The translations under genes were made by a program, and so were the position numbers. The notes beneath the pieces are model-generated. The model did not search any database. It had not been told where the DNA came from and saw only the letters and a program-made list of their open reading frames with translations. A stretch of DNA of 64,000 bases from positions 325,996,001-326,060,000 of the forward strand of contig OZ024742.1 of the NCBI GenBank assembly GCA_964016885.1, read 5' to 3'. This document shows positions 16,052 to 29,464 of the stretch, piece after piece. Each line of letters starts with the position of its first letter. Position 1 is the first letter of the stretch. The stretch is from Eledone cirrhosa. Its lineage: Eukaryota.

Positions 16052-16419
16052 AATATCAGTCAATTAGCGGACTTGATTTCAAGTGACTTTCCTCTAGCAC
16101 AGCATATGGTAACCTTATACATGAATCAGAATTAACATTCATATCATTTATATTAATAATCAAATGAAAATCAAAATGAATGGGTAAAATTTTAGTGTAA
16201 CACATTATTGACAATACTGTAAATTCAGTTTATTTAATTAAACACTCACAGTTGAGACACATACAAAGGCAGATCCACCCACTCAAAATCACACATTGAA
16301 GAACATACATAAGTCATACATACGTATATCGTGACATCCCTACAAAACAGACGTGTGTACACATATGTGCGTGTGTGTGCTTCAGTGTGAGAGTGTGTAA
16401 GTGTATATATATATATGTA

Positions 16420-16490
<71 letters not shown>

Positions 16491-16494
16491 ATAT

Positions 16495-16530
<36 letters not shown>

Positions 16531-16846
16531 GTATATAAAACATATACTCATAGACAAGAACATACACAGATATATACAATGCAAACATACAAACACACAG
16601 GCATATATACATTGTTTTATTCGTGCATGTGTGTCCTTATCGATCTGTTTTGGAGAAAAATAATGATTTCAGCTCACATAGAAATTCCAATAGATTAAAG
16701 AAAATAAAAGGGAAAGAATGATTTAGAAAAGAACACATTTTCTTTTGTTGTCAAAAAGCAGACGACGAACACACTCACATACATATTATATTATATGATA
16801 CATACACGAATACACACACACACATATGTGTATATATGTATGTATA

Positions 16847-16896
<50 letters not shown>

Positions 16897-16966
16897 AGTG
16901 TGTATGTGTGTCTATATATATGTGTGTGTGTGTGTATGTGTGTGCGTATGTGTATACACATGTATG

Positions 16967-17032
<66 letters not shown>

Positions 17033-17039
17033 CATATGA

Positions 17040-17136
<97 letters not shown>

Positions 17137-17284
17137 TCACATATTGGCGGTTATTAAGATTTCCTTTGAATCATTATTTAAATAAAGTTTGGATTATTTA
17201 TTTATTCCATAGTAAAACCGAATCAATTCTCCCAACAAACATGAAATCAACATTTTTTTATGTCCATAGATAGATAGATAGATA

Positions 17285-20200
17285 CATTTCTTTATTAGCC
17301 ACAAGGGCACAAAAGAAGGGGACAAATACAAATGGAGAGGTTACATACAGGTATATGAAAATAAAACTATTAATACAATAACAAATAACAATTGAAATCT
17401 CCAATAGGGTTGTACACAACCCGAGCAAATGTACAACCCTCATCTCCAGGAGCACCAAGAGTGAGTACTCCCTTCCTCTCTTCCGCTTTTCCCTCAACCT
17501 ACAGGCTTATATAGAAAAAAGGCCCAACCACTCGGGCCATCTTTGCCACATTCACCCACCTTTTATAAGATTTACTAGGGTACATCACCTCTCTATCCAT
17601 CGAAGATTCTTCTTCCAAAATAATATTTGAAAAAACGAATCAGTTGCTCGCCGGAGATAAGGGTGTCTGACCTCAGCCCTTTTAACTTCGTCCACCATAT
17701 AACCTCTTTCACCATAGACATAACACATAGGAAAACTACCTCTCCCTCGTTTTTGAAGGAGGGTGGCGGTTTGATCATGATAATCGACTCGGTGGTCAAC
17801 TGGATTGGTCCAATCCGCGACAATAGCCGTTCTACATAGCCCCACAGTTCGGTAACGCCCGGGCAGTGTACAAATGCGTGTGCGACGGTTTTCGTCGCGC
17901 CCGTATCTCGGACAGATCTTTTTCGAAGGGTCCCTACCCGGTCGCCCGTGTTTGTAGAGCTTGTCTCGAACTGGTAGAGCTCCTCGGTAGCACTGCCAGG
18001 CCAGGGACTTTTGGAAGTTGTCCATTGGTCCCGAGCGGAAGGTTCTACCGAACAGACTGGCCAGTTCGTCCTCCTCTACGCCTAGAGTTTCTCCGAGCGT
18101 GTCGTCGCACTTGCTGCGGACCAACCGTCTATAGAATGTCGAAGTGGAGTCTCCACTGATCGCCGGGTCCGTTTGCCAGAGGATTGTGAGCGCCTGAGCA
18201 CATTCGATATGCCAGTCGCCCATTTTCCTCGGTCTTCGCTTGACCCAAGTCTACATTTCGGTCAGCGAGATGAGTCGCGGGAAGGCTCGCCTCACGAACG
18301 GGCCCACACCGGTTGTCTGGTGAGGAATACGTGGAGGTGCCGCAGCCTGAGCGCGTGTTTGCGCATCGTCAGCCACAGCATCCGCAGCACTCCGATTGAA
18401 GGGTATGGGCAGCAGATAGATCTTCTCACCAAAGGAGCCCCTTTCTTCCAAAGGAATTGGAAGAACGCGCGCTCCATTTTGGTGAGCGTTTTGGCTGGAC
18501 AAGGCAAAACGGTCAAGCGGTTGTAGTTGACGGATGCTATAAGAGTCTTTGCCACCTCCGCTCGACCTTTCAAGGATAGTTTACAGTCGGCCCTCTTCTG
18601 GGTGAGCGCAAAAACCTTGGCCGTCACCTCGTTCCAGTTCTTCTCCACCTGGAGGTCAGGACCAAACCAGACCCCGAGCAGCTTTACCGGTCCTTCCGTC
18701 CAGCGTCCGACGTCGCCATCGGAAGGCATCGGTGTGCCTCTCCACGTTCCGATTTGCAAACCGATGGATTTGTCCCGGTTCAGCTTCGCTCCTGTGAACC
18801 TTTCGTATTCCTCCAGTAAGGTGCCGATATCCCCTATTTGCAAGGTGCTCGACACCATTACTGACATGTCGTCGGCGTAGACCGACGCCGCTTTTGGCAG
18901 TCCCGGTTCCAAACGGAAGCCCTGCAATAGCTCCAACTTCCGCAGAAGTGACTCGAGAGTCAGTACGTACAGAAGGTTGGAGAGAGGGCATCCCTGTCGG
19001 ATGGATCGCGTGATATGGATCGGCTCCGAGAGGTTGCGGTTTACCTTGACCCTTGAGCAGTTGTTGCTGTTGTGCATTGCAGCAATCCAGCCCCTGAACA
19101 CGGAACCGAAGCCTGCCGCCTCGAGCACCGCATCCATGTAACGATGGTCAACCCTATCGAAAGCCTTAGACTGATCCAAGTTGATCAGGGCTCCACCGAA
19201 GCCGGGTTTACACCCTACCCTCTCTATCATGTATCGCATGAGGTGGAGGTTGTCGTGTATGGACCTGGTCGGGATTACGCATGTCTGCGCTTCTTCCACC
19301 AGGTTGTCAACGACAAGCGCCAGCCTCTTTGCCAACAACTTGGCCAAAATCTGTAACTCTGGGTTGAGCAGAGTTATGGGCCGGAAGTTGCCTATGTCAT
19401 CCCCCTTGTTCTCGACCTTCCTGACTAACGTGATTACGCCCTTGGTCACAGTACTGGGATTTCTCTCGTTCTGCTGCCAGTTGCAGTAGACCACTTCCAG
19501 GAGACCGGAGAACAAGTCTTCCATTGCTACGTAAAATTCGTAGGGTAGACCGTCGAGAACTGGAGATTTGCGTTTGCCGCATTAGCGCAGAACTTCGCCT
19601 CGCTGTCCGATAGTCGCGGTAGGCCGTCGAGGTATGAACCGAAATCCATAGCCCCCCACCTCCCCGGGGCGCCACCCTGCCCGAACAGTTGAGCAAAGTG
19701 CCGCTGAAAGGCCGCGCACATTTGCTGCGGCTCACGTATCACGCGTCCGTCTTGGTCCTTCAAAGACAGAATCGTGGACTTCTTGCACTTTTCGCCTCCG
19801 TCACTCGAGCCCATCTAACAGCTTTGTCTCCCTCGTTTCCCAGAGCACGTATTTTCCTACTTTATCTACCAGTTCCTTTTCGGTCTTATTTCTATCCAAC
19901 ACTAATTCTTTACTAAAACCTATCGAGTCTAATCTAACTGCCCTCTTGAGAGATTACCGCCATCTGCTGTTGACAATGGCCCCCGTCAAGTGCTGATTAA
20001 CTAAAGTGCTAATCCGTCTACTGTAAGCTTTGCATGTCGGTAACGACAAGTTCAGCTTCCAGTAGCTCGGTCCTTGTCTATGGGTTTTGTCAAGGTTGAC
20101 TAAGCAGGTCACTAATTTGTGGTCTGAATAGGCAACCATGAACATTTGTGAACAGCTTAACATGTCCACAGTGGCACAGTCGGAAAATCTAGTCGATATC

Positions 20201-21103
20201 TATCGGCCAGGTCAAATCGGCCGAGTAACTGTTTGAGGCTGTTACACCCCCCTCTATCGGGACATGCTCCCACATAGTCCCAACGTGCATCTAGGATTCC
20301 ATCCCAGTCCCCCATTAACAGAAGGGAGCGAGACGTTCCCAGAAAAGTCTCTAGACGTTTGAAGATGTCTGGTCGCGGCGTCCCGGTGCGGTGTCCCGGT
20401 TGGGGCATATGATGCGTAGATGCGTAGATCTCAAATCGTCGAAGATGGGGGCTAGTTGTCACTCGATGTGGATCCTGGACTCGCAAATGGCTACTACATC
20501 CATGCTGGGCGACCTGAGGTCGTTTCAGAGTTTGCCCTGTTTCCAGGGCATCGCCTGGCCGCGTACATTCACACATCCAACTCTTATATTGGCCATGTTG
20601 GTGCTGTAAAGTTAACAGAAGAGGAAAAGAAATCACTTACCTCTTCGTCTCCTGGGTACCAGGCTTCACAATTTCTAAGGGGGTGTTGGAGGGATTGTTT
20701 GGTGGGGTGGTGGTCTCTGGAGAGTGGGAACAGAGATGTTTGGTGGGGAGGGGTGTCTGGTGGGATGGGGAAACATTTTAACAGGACTCGATTGTTGGGT
20801 TTGACACAGGGGTTACCTACGTCGTTAGTAAATTTTTCTTTTAACTGTTTATGTGTGTCCATGGAGGTCCTAATCATTTTAAGATTAGAATTCTTCGAAG
20901 AGTGTGTAAAAGTTTTCCCTTCGGTCGCCACCGAAGGGTTTTTATATATGGTGTATGTTAAAGTTTTATTGTTAGTATTTATGTAGGTGTAACATTTTTG
21001 TTGTGTTGGGTTGCTTCTTGTCTGTGGGTCTTGTGTGTGTTTACGTTTTGTAGTAGGTGTTTTGTTTTCAGGAGGAGGGGGGGGGGTTGTTTGTGCTGTT
21101 TGC
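17285..21103 (-). mobile_element. Tx1-clade LINE, second copy; includes probable end of ORF1 and start of ORF2; flanked by (GATA)n on both sides
   Basis: Colinear with 1413-4770. ORF2 starts at 20596 (MANIRVGCVNVRG). RT ORF 18292-19524 has intact YADD. Internal deletions and stops. Confidence 0.92.
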
Positions 21104-21164
<61 letters not shown>

Positions 21165-22691
21165 CGGATTGACAGATAGATATATGTGCTCCTAAAAATA
21201 GGGATACTTAAAGATTAAATTCTGTCTGAAACCAGTGGTTCATCAGACCCGAGCATCTACCGTACCCTTAGGTGAAGTAGATTTGTGACTGGGGAATAAT
21301 GAATTGCAAAGCTACACACAAAATGTTAATTGTACTCAGTTTTAGCTAAGTGTGGTGAAGCAACGTGAAGTGAAATGGCTTTCTCAAGAACACAAGCAGG
21401 GATGGGTGACTACATGCATACCTTTCGTAGATTAAGTTTGGGGTTGTTTTGAGCGATCTCATACAGTCTCTGTGGTGTATCTGTGTATGTGATAAATAGG
21501 TTGAAGGAAATGTTCAGTTAACTGCGGTGTAATAATTATTATTCAAAACAAATTTCCAATTTCAAACCACGTAATTTTAACAGAAACATATTGTTTTAGA
21601 TGGTGAACCAGAAGTGCTGCAATTTAAATGCTTAAATTTAATACAATTTGAACATCAACGGCAAACAAATCATTCGTAAATCATATTTAAGAAGTTTATT
21701 GGATGATTTTGTTCTTCATAGAGTTAGAAAAGTAAAATGGAATGGAAGGATTTTGAAGGAGATATTATTCACTATAGGTCTATTTGGTCATTGCTGATTT
21801 GGACTGAAATCTCATAACTAAGATTAAGTTCAAGCAAGGAAATAAGGAATTTAGTCCCGCCGATCAAGTGCTAGAAATATCGGCCTGCCATCTTCGATTC
21901 GGAAACGGTATATCTGACAATGTAATTCTCTCTATGTAAAATATATTGGTATTCTCGGTCTAGGCTTCCCGTAGGCTCACTGGTGAAGCTGAGTGTCGTC
22001 CAGCTCCCTGTCACTGAGGACAAGGTGGCTTCTGCTACTATCTGAGTTTCCAGCGGTGGTTATCTGGAAATAACAGTTCTTAAGTTTCTCGGTTGTTGTT
22101 GCGTCCCGTTGTTTCTCTCCACTAAACCATGTTATCTGGACACAAATACCTCAATTGTGTCTTCGGTCTACTGGGTAGTCCTCTCTGCAACATAATGGGT
22201 ATGCAGCTACTAAATATTCTTGTAGTTTTCGAAGGTTATTGATATTTTATATGTCCGTGTTTACCGCACTAATAAGTAATTTTCGAATGCTTACAAAAAC
22301 ATCCCTTGGCTTAAACGTACAATTAACTGATAGAGTCATATTTATTGTAAAAACATTTGAAAGACTTCGTTCCATTGAGTACTTTTACTTTGGTTGAGGT
22401 AAAGTCTTCTTATTGCTTATGTCAAAATACATTTTAAATTACACGTCTAGCCTATTAACAATGGCTTTAAATTACAGCTATAAAAAATGATTGATGCTAA
22501 ATTCTAGTTCAATTCTACAATCGCATGTTCATTTGTATGTTACGGTACATGAGTGCATATTTAAGAAGAGATTTTTAGAGTGTTAACATGTTGAGTATAT
22601 TGACACGTATACTTTTAATATCTCTTGGCAGTTGCTAATATAAACGTCGAATCATAAAATTTAAATCAATACTTTTGAATAGAGTTTAAAA

Positions 22692-22738
22692 TGCGAAGTA
22701 TTTCTGAAAGAATTTCCTAGGTGATAAATTACATTTTG

Positions 22739-22770
<32 letters not shown>

Positions 22771-22839
22771 CAAAATGTAATTTATCACCTAGGAAATTCT
22801 TTCAGAAATACTTCGCAAATGAGATTATACACGTTACTT

Positions 22840-22923
<84 letters not shown>

Positions 22924-22946
22924 AAGTAACGTGTATAATCTCATTT
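22692..22946. repeat. Double palindrome A-(TA)n-A'-B'-(TA)n-B
   Basis: A 22692-22738 and A' 22771-22817 are perfect reverse complements; so are B' 22817-22846 and B 22917-22946. Confidence 0.92.
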
Positions 22947-25459
22947 TAAATATATAGCTATTAAGTTTTAACCTAAATTTTTAACCTACACCGTATTATC
23001 AGATAGATTTTAATGCCACCATATTTCGAATATATTGAATGTTTGATTTTGCTCTATAGGTACGTATCATATTGAAATATGAGAGGACGGTAAACATATT
23101 AGATAAGATAATCACTTGATATTCAACTTAAACTACTACGAGTTAATGCCTGCGAGGTAAGCGTAGATACAAAGGCTGTCTCATGGGTCTCTGGGTTTGG
23201 GAGTAAATAAATAAGAACATGGATTAATTTAGTATATAGGGATTATAAACCATAGCAATAATGAAATGAAGATGAACAGGTGCAGGTATAAATCACATCT
23301 GTAGGAATATTCAAGGAATTAATAGAATGTTTGTTGTACATGTATAGGGAAACTCTACATTTGCAGTTCTATGTTATTGATATATATACATATATAATGC
23401 TTATGCTATAGCACCATTGAAGAAGGCTAGGTTGGCGTATACACTTTAGGCACTATTTCAACGTTTGCCATATGTATTTGAATAGTCTTTCTTATTGAAA
23501 TTCTCTGACCCCATCATTACCTGTTTTCCCGAATGCTGTCAAATATTAATGTTGTTATAAAGAACCAAAAATGAAAAGGCAGCCCGGACTTCTACATGCC
23601 CAGATGATGTTTAAATGAAAATGAATTAAGGAAAGGAAAGGAACAATCCACCAAAAGAAAACAAAACATGCTATACCGTAAACGCGCTTGGGATATTTTG
23701 CCGCATTAAATTTGGGAATTGTTTAATTAGTGAATTGAGACCGTACATACAAAATGACAGTCACTTAATTTTGCATACCTGCATTCAAATTTTAATAAAT
23801 TTGAATTTCAGAATTATCGCCCTTGTCACTTTTCAAAGAGTTTCGTTAACGTTAATGAAATTTATTTTAATTTCTGGAGTAATTTCGGTAGTATATGCAA
23901 TGATTTGAGCACACTAGACTCAGGATGTTATTTATTTTGTAAGTATTTTTTAATTTATTTCCAATACACAAAAGAATATTATTACATTGTTCTTCTGTTG
24001 TTGTTTTGGGGAGTTTTTTTTTGTATTTAGGAAGGACATTGGCGGAATAGAAACATATAGGCAGAGAGTTAACAGAATCGTTAAACAACAAGCCAAAATA
24101 ATGTGTGTGCGTTATTTTTCCTGATCTCTTTGCTGAAAGAAGGTTTTGAAATCAGAAATGAGATATCTGGTGCAAATAGCGAGGCATTTAATCATAGGTC
24201 TTAACGATTACGCCAATTCGCTACTTGTAAGACACTTCCAGTCGTGGATTCATGGTTCCTTAAGTACTAGTATGGTAGTAGCGTCTTTGTCATTTCATAC
24301 AGCCCATCCTTCTCTAGATCTGAATAGGGGCTATTTATTCCAGTGGAAAAGAGAAGGTGCCAGGGCATGGAAGAGAAAGATATAGAGGAAGAATCGACGC
24401 TAGTTGATTTATCTAACTTTACAGGATGAAAAACATAGTTGACCACAGTAGTATCTGATCGGAAAGCACAGGCAGCACAAATAAATATTGTTCTAACGAT
24501 TCTACCAATCCGCCGTTTCAGACATGTATAAAACAACATACTGTATATGATTGTATATGGAATATAGAGCTCCAAGACATATTGGACTTCCACTTCTATT
24601 TCTGTAGACAATATTAAGAAAACATATTTATATATTTACGTCTAAGCATTTAATGTTATTGATACCTTAACTTCGACTATAAGACTCAACTGAATTTCGG
24701 GGTCATTTTGGGGGTGAAAAATACTACAGAAAACGGTTATTTCAAAAAAGAGAATCAGTTGTTGAGTATATAGTATTTAAACTGTTTTTGTCCTATTATT
24801 ACCCATACCATCTAAATACCTCTTGAGATATCGGCCAGTACCCTGATATGCCACGATTCAGAATAATCGATTGTATTGAGTGTATTTCTAGAACTTACTT
24901 CATCTTTCCAGTTAGCCGATTAAAAAAAAAGATAATTCGAGCTTGCATCATTGAATCTTCGACGTTGACATTTAAAATATTGAAGTTATCTGCCATCTGC
25001 AGCATCTATTTTGAAACTCTATGAATATTAATAATTATTAATGTCTTTGTTCTTTAATATTGTAATAGCATACTATAGAATATATCTATATAGACACATA
25101 GCCAACACTGTATGTATTAGATACATGTAAATACCGTGTCTTTTGGTGAAATACAAACACAGGATATTAACTATTCTGACAGATTCATCTTTTTATACCC
25201 ACAAAGATATATTACATACACCGTTGGTTAAAAGCCTCTCGTTTATTTTATAGTACTGTACAGCCTTAAACAAAAAAATGTTAACGTACCCGTAATATAT
25301 AAATAGGACTAGCTTCCATGTATGCGTTATATATGCAAATCGGTTGAAAGCATGCGTTGGTTATTTTACACATGGACCAGTAAAAAAGAATCTAGGTGGT
25401 TAATTTTTCTACATGTGAAATATTAGCTAAGTTTCTCGCATATTCCAATCTGTGGTCTT

Positions 25460-25795
25460 AAAATAGATATGATGCTGGTGGATCCCGTCGAATTCAACGA
25501 TGGATGGTCCAGTTGATTCGATCAACGACATTATCTATTCACTAAATTAATAAGTATTAATGTCTTTGCTCGTTAATACACGTGGAATTAACATATAGGT
25601 GGCTGAGCATTCCACATGCAGGCGCATATTTTACATAGATGTCAGAGAGATACAGAGTGACACAATGTGATAACTCCTTGGATTCCAGGTAAAACTGTAA
25701 TTTTTTTTATTTTACCAGCTTAGTGAACTGAAGCAACGTGAAATGAATCAAGGACAAAAGTGTTACCCAATCCGAGTCTCAGACTCTTGACCTTA
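25460..25795 (-). mobile_element. Old SINE, family S2 (CORE-like); fragments also at ~21270-21400 and ~33165-33370
   Basis: Shared block GTGAACTG(G/A)AGCAACGTGAAAT(G/A)AA...CAAGGACA at three loci. Family assignment is from memory. Confidence 0.6.
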
Positions 25796-25936
25796 CACGC
25801 ACGCACACACACAGACACACGCATACCCACACACACTAACACACAGACACACATACACATACATACTCACAAACACACACATTTTTTCTTGTATTGTTTA
25901 ACTCGTAGATGGCTGGGTTTGTGATCCAGTCATATT

Positions 25937-26000
<64 letters not shown>

Positions 26001-26335
26001 TCAAGGAAAAAGAGGACAAAGATGGAAACAATAAGAATTAATTCACGCTTGGTGGAAATGTTTACAGTAAGCATCACAAAACGTCACCGGTTTCATTTGT
26101 TATAGATAGATGTTCATGATAAAGAAGAAATTGTTATGAACATTTTGTCGTTTTTTTTCAAGATAAAATTTGACTGTTTGTAAATCTTACATAGAACCAC
26201 TTTATAATTTCTGTTCTAGAGGAATGGGTTAATGGTCGTGTTGACGTATATACATAAAAATACACGCACACATACGCAAAACATATAAATGTTTATATAT
26301 ATAAACACATATGTGTATGTCTACATGTGTTTGTG

Positions 26336-26397
<62 letters not shown>

Positions 26398-27261
26398 TAT
26401 ATGTGTTTGTATTGTGTGTGCATGTGTGTGGCCGCCTATATTCTCTTAAAATGTCTGTCTAACACACGAACTGTCTATTGATAATTCACCTCAGAAATTG
26501 AACTTTTTACTTATTCAATAGAAATCGATGTAAAATACTCAGAAATTCACAATGCGGAACATATTACTACTAATTTACGTGTGTTTTGTAATATAAATTA
26601 GACTGAGGCAAAATGTTTAAAGAAAATAAATATTTAAATAAATAGATAAATAAATAAATAAATATATAAACCAAAAACAATTTCATAAATATTAAACGAA
26701 ACAATAGCATTAAACTTGTAACTCGATACATCTTTATTAAACGACATCTTTATGTGTTCTTCCTTTGGAAATTAAGTCTCTAATGATTTAGATTAAGAAA
26801 GTGAAAGAAAACAATCCCATAACAGGAACGAAAAATAAAAAAACGTGACGGTAACATTTAAGTTTGAGGAATTCACTGGGGAGTAAACATTAACACTGTG
26901 AGACAATATTGTAAACAGACATCGATATATAAAGTTTAAAATGTTACTATATTCTATTAAAGGAAGCATCGATGTTTTGTGTTCATATATAATATAGTGT
27001 GACACGTGACTATCTGTCAAGCAGTCTGTCTGTCTGTCTATCTCTCTGTCCATTTCTCTGTCTATCTGTTAGTATGTATGTATGTCTGTATGGATATATA
27101 TATATAAGCAAGATATATGGTAGGTCGTATGTGAATCGCGATGATCACGCCTGACCTACCAAATATGCGACGGTAGCTAGTTAAGCTCTATGCGTATAAG
27201 CAGAGCAGAAATATTAATGAAAAAGAACAAAGGAACTATTATAACATTATAACAAGTTTAT

Positions 27262-27308
27262 TGCCGACAGCCGTTTCGTCCGACCATATGGTGGGACTTT
27301 TCAAGGCA
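27262..27308 (-). ncRNA. Type I HHR with U3-A8 core
   Basis: UGCC-UUGAAAA-GUCC-CACCAUAUGGUC-GGAC-GAAAC-GGCU-GUC-GGCA; all three stems pair. Confidence 0.72.
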
Positions 27309-29353
27309 TATAACAGGTGATTGTAAGTTCATTATTTACATCAACGTTTCACTCAAGATTAGCAGTTTGAAATTGTGGTATACATCAGCAGTTCCGCTTG
27401 TATATTTGGGGTCTATATTCTAAGGGGGATCTTTTATATTAGTTGTCGGAGTTGTAAAAGGGATGGGTTATAGGGAGTTAAGAGAATTTGAAAAGGGCCT
27501 AAGAGTCAGGGATTGAAGGTTAAACTTTGGTAAATTATAATTTACGCATTAAAAGTAAAAGACTTGGGATCTCGTAGAAGCACCTTAAAAAATCCCTCAA
27601 TAAGTGCATAAAGCTTATAAGCCCCAATAAACCTAACAAACCAGAAGAGACTAAACAAATAAAAGAATAAAAATATAAAGTTTCCTAAAAAAATATAAAG
27701 TTTCCTAAAAAATTCCTTCGAAAGAAAAAAAAATTTTTTGGAAAGAAAAAAAGTTTTCTTCCCCAGAGATCACGAAAAAAAAATTTCAGAAAATTTACGA
27801 AGTTTTGATAATCCCTACTAAGTTGAAAGAAACTAATCAATTAAAGGTTAATTCAAAAAGCCTTCAAGAAATCCCTCAGAAAAGGCCCCTTTAATATTTT
27901 TAATAAGAACCTCTTCCGAGAGACCCTTCGAAGAATTAAAATTTTAGAGAGCCTTTAAAGATATATATAAAAACGGATTGAGGAAAATTACAAATTAAAA
28001 GTTAAAAATTGCGGGATTTGGGATATCCGAGGAATTTTCAAAGGGCTGCTTCAACAGATTCAACTTAGGTATAATAGATAAAATAATTTAAGTAATTTAA
28101 GTAATTTAATTAGGGAGCAATTCAAAGAGCTTATCAAGTTGGGCAAGATTAAAGAAAATGATAAGTAAGAAAATACATAAGCAAAAAGACAATAATTATA
28201 AAATGTATTTTTAAGATGGTATAAGGTAGCTTCAGTAATCTAATAATGTACTATCTAAAAATTATTATAAAATTATTAATACAGGATTAACAAAGACATA
28301 ATAATATATTCCTGCCTAATTAACAAACAATCAATAATCAATTAACAGTCAAGCAAAATTAGCTCAGGGATATCCCGCGCTCGGATACTTTACACACACA
28401 CAGCAACACATAGGATTAACAAAGACATAATGGTATATTCCTGCCTAATCAACAAACAATCAAGAAAATGTACTCAGGGATATCCGACGCACGGATACTT
28501 TACACACATACAGCAAGATGAACAATACAGGTGACCTTGTGGGTGCGATATCCATTGTGCGCATGTAATCATCTGCATAGCTCCAGGCACATTTGGTCTT
28601 GTTTAAAAGTTCAGAGTTCACGAATCAACTGGGATTCACTATCAGCTGTGTGGACTCTCTGGGAAATGTACCTGTGGATCAAATAGCTAGTGGTTGCTGG
28701 GTGTGGTCCGTTCGATCATTTAGTTTCGGGGATTGCACGCGTTTGCGATAAATCAGCCTGCCGGCTCTAAATCCAAGGTCTCGCTGCATAGGATGTATTG
28801 GTTTACATGCTATATTGGTAAAAAAACCAGTATGGATTTGACTGGGGTGGTATATTGCGTCTCTCGCTAATATCTCCTCCTCTCACGAACTCCAAGCATA
28901 CACGCGACTGGTCAAATGCGAAGGGCTGTCCCCTCTTTGTTTGTTGTAGGGGTCGGTTCCAGCTTAGATGGTGGTCGTGTTATCCATATTCCGTCAGCCA
29001 TGCATATTCAAGACAGATCAGGGTATATATTTGCGGGTATGGTCCGGCGTCTACGCTATCCAAGGGGATTTTTTAAGGTGCTTCTACGAGATCCCAAGTC
29101 TTTTACTTTTAATGCGTAAATTATAATTTATCTAATTTTTAACCTTCAATCCCTGACTCTTAGGCCCTTTTCAAATTCTCTTAACTCCCCATAACCCATC
29201 CCTTTTACAACTCCAACAACTAATATAAAAGAGCTCCCTTAGAATATAGACCCCAAATATACAAGCGGAACTGCTGATGTATACCACAATTTCAAACTGC
29301 TAATCTTGAGTGAAACGTTGATGTAAATAATGAACTTACAATCACCTGTTATA

Positions 29354-29400
29354 TGCCTTGAAAAGGCCCCCCATATGGTCGGACGAAACGGCTGTCGGCA
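29354..29400 (+). ncRNA. Type I HHR with U3-A8 core (inverted partner; one stem II mismatch)
   Basis: TGCC TTGAAAA GGCC CCCCATATGGTC GGAC GAAAC GGCT GTC GGCA. Confidence 0.65.
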
Positions 29401-29464
29401 ATAAACTTGTTATAATGTCATAATAGTTCCTTTGTTCTTGTTCATTAATATATATATATATATA

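Larger units (their letters stand above)
27110..29450. mobile_element. PLE-type insertion with ~390-bp inverted arms (27211-27597 / 29065-29450), each carrying an HHR
   Basis: Arms are reverse complements; ~100 bp of extra sequence lies outside the left arm only. Internal ~130-bp direct repeat at 28281-28516. Short TA runs at both ends. Confidence 0.75.

Noticed and set aside
23860-24620. Possible host exon or membrane-protein fragment
   Set aside because: In-frame stops, no convincing splice pair or motif; more likely decayed repeat.
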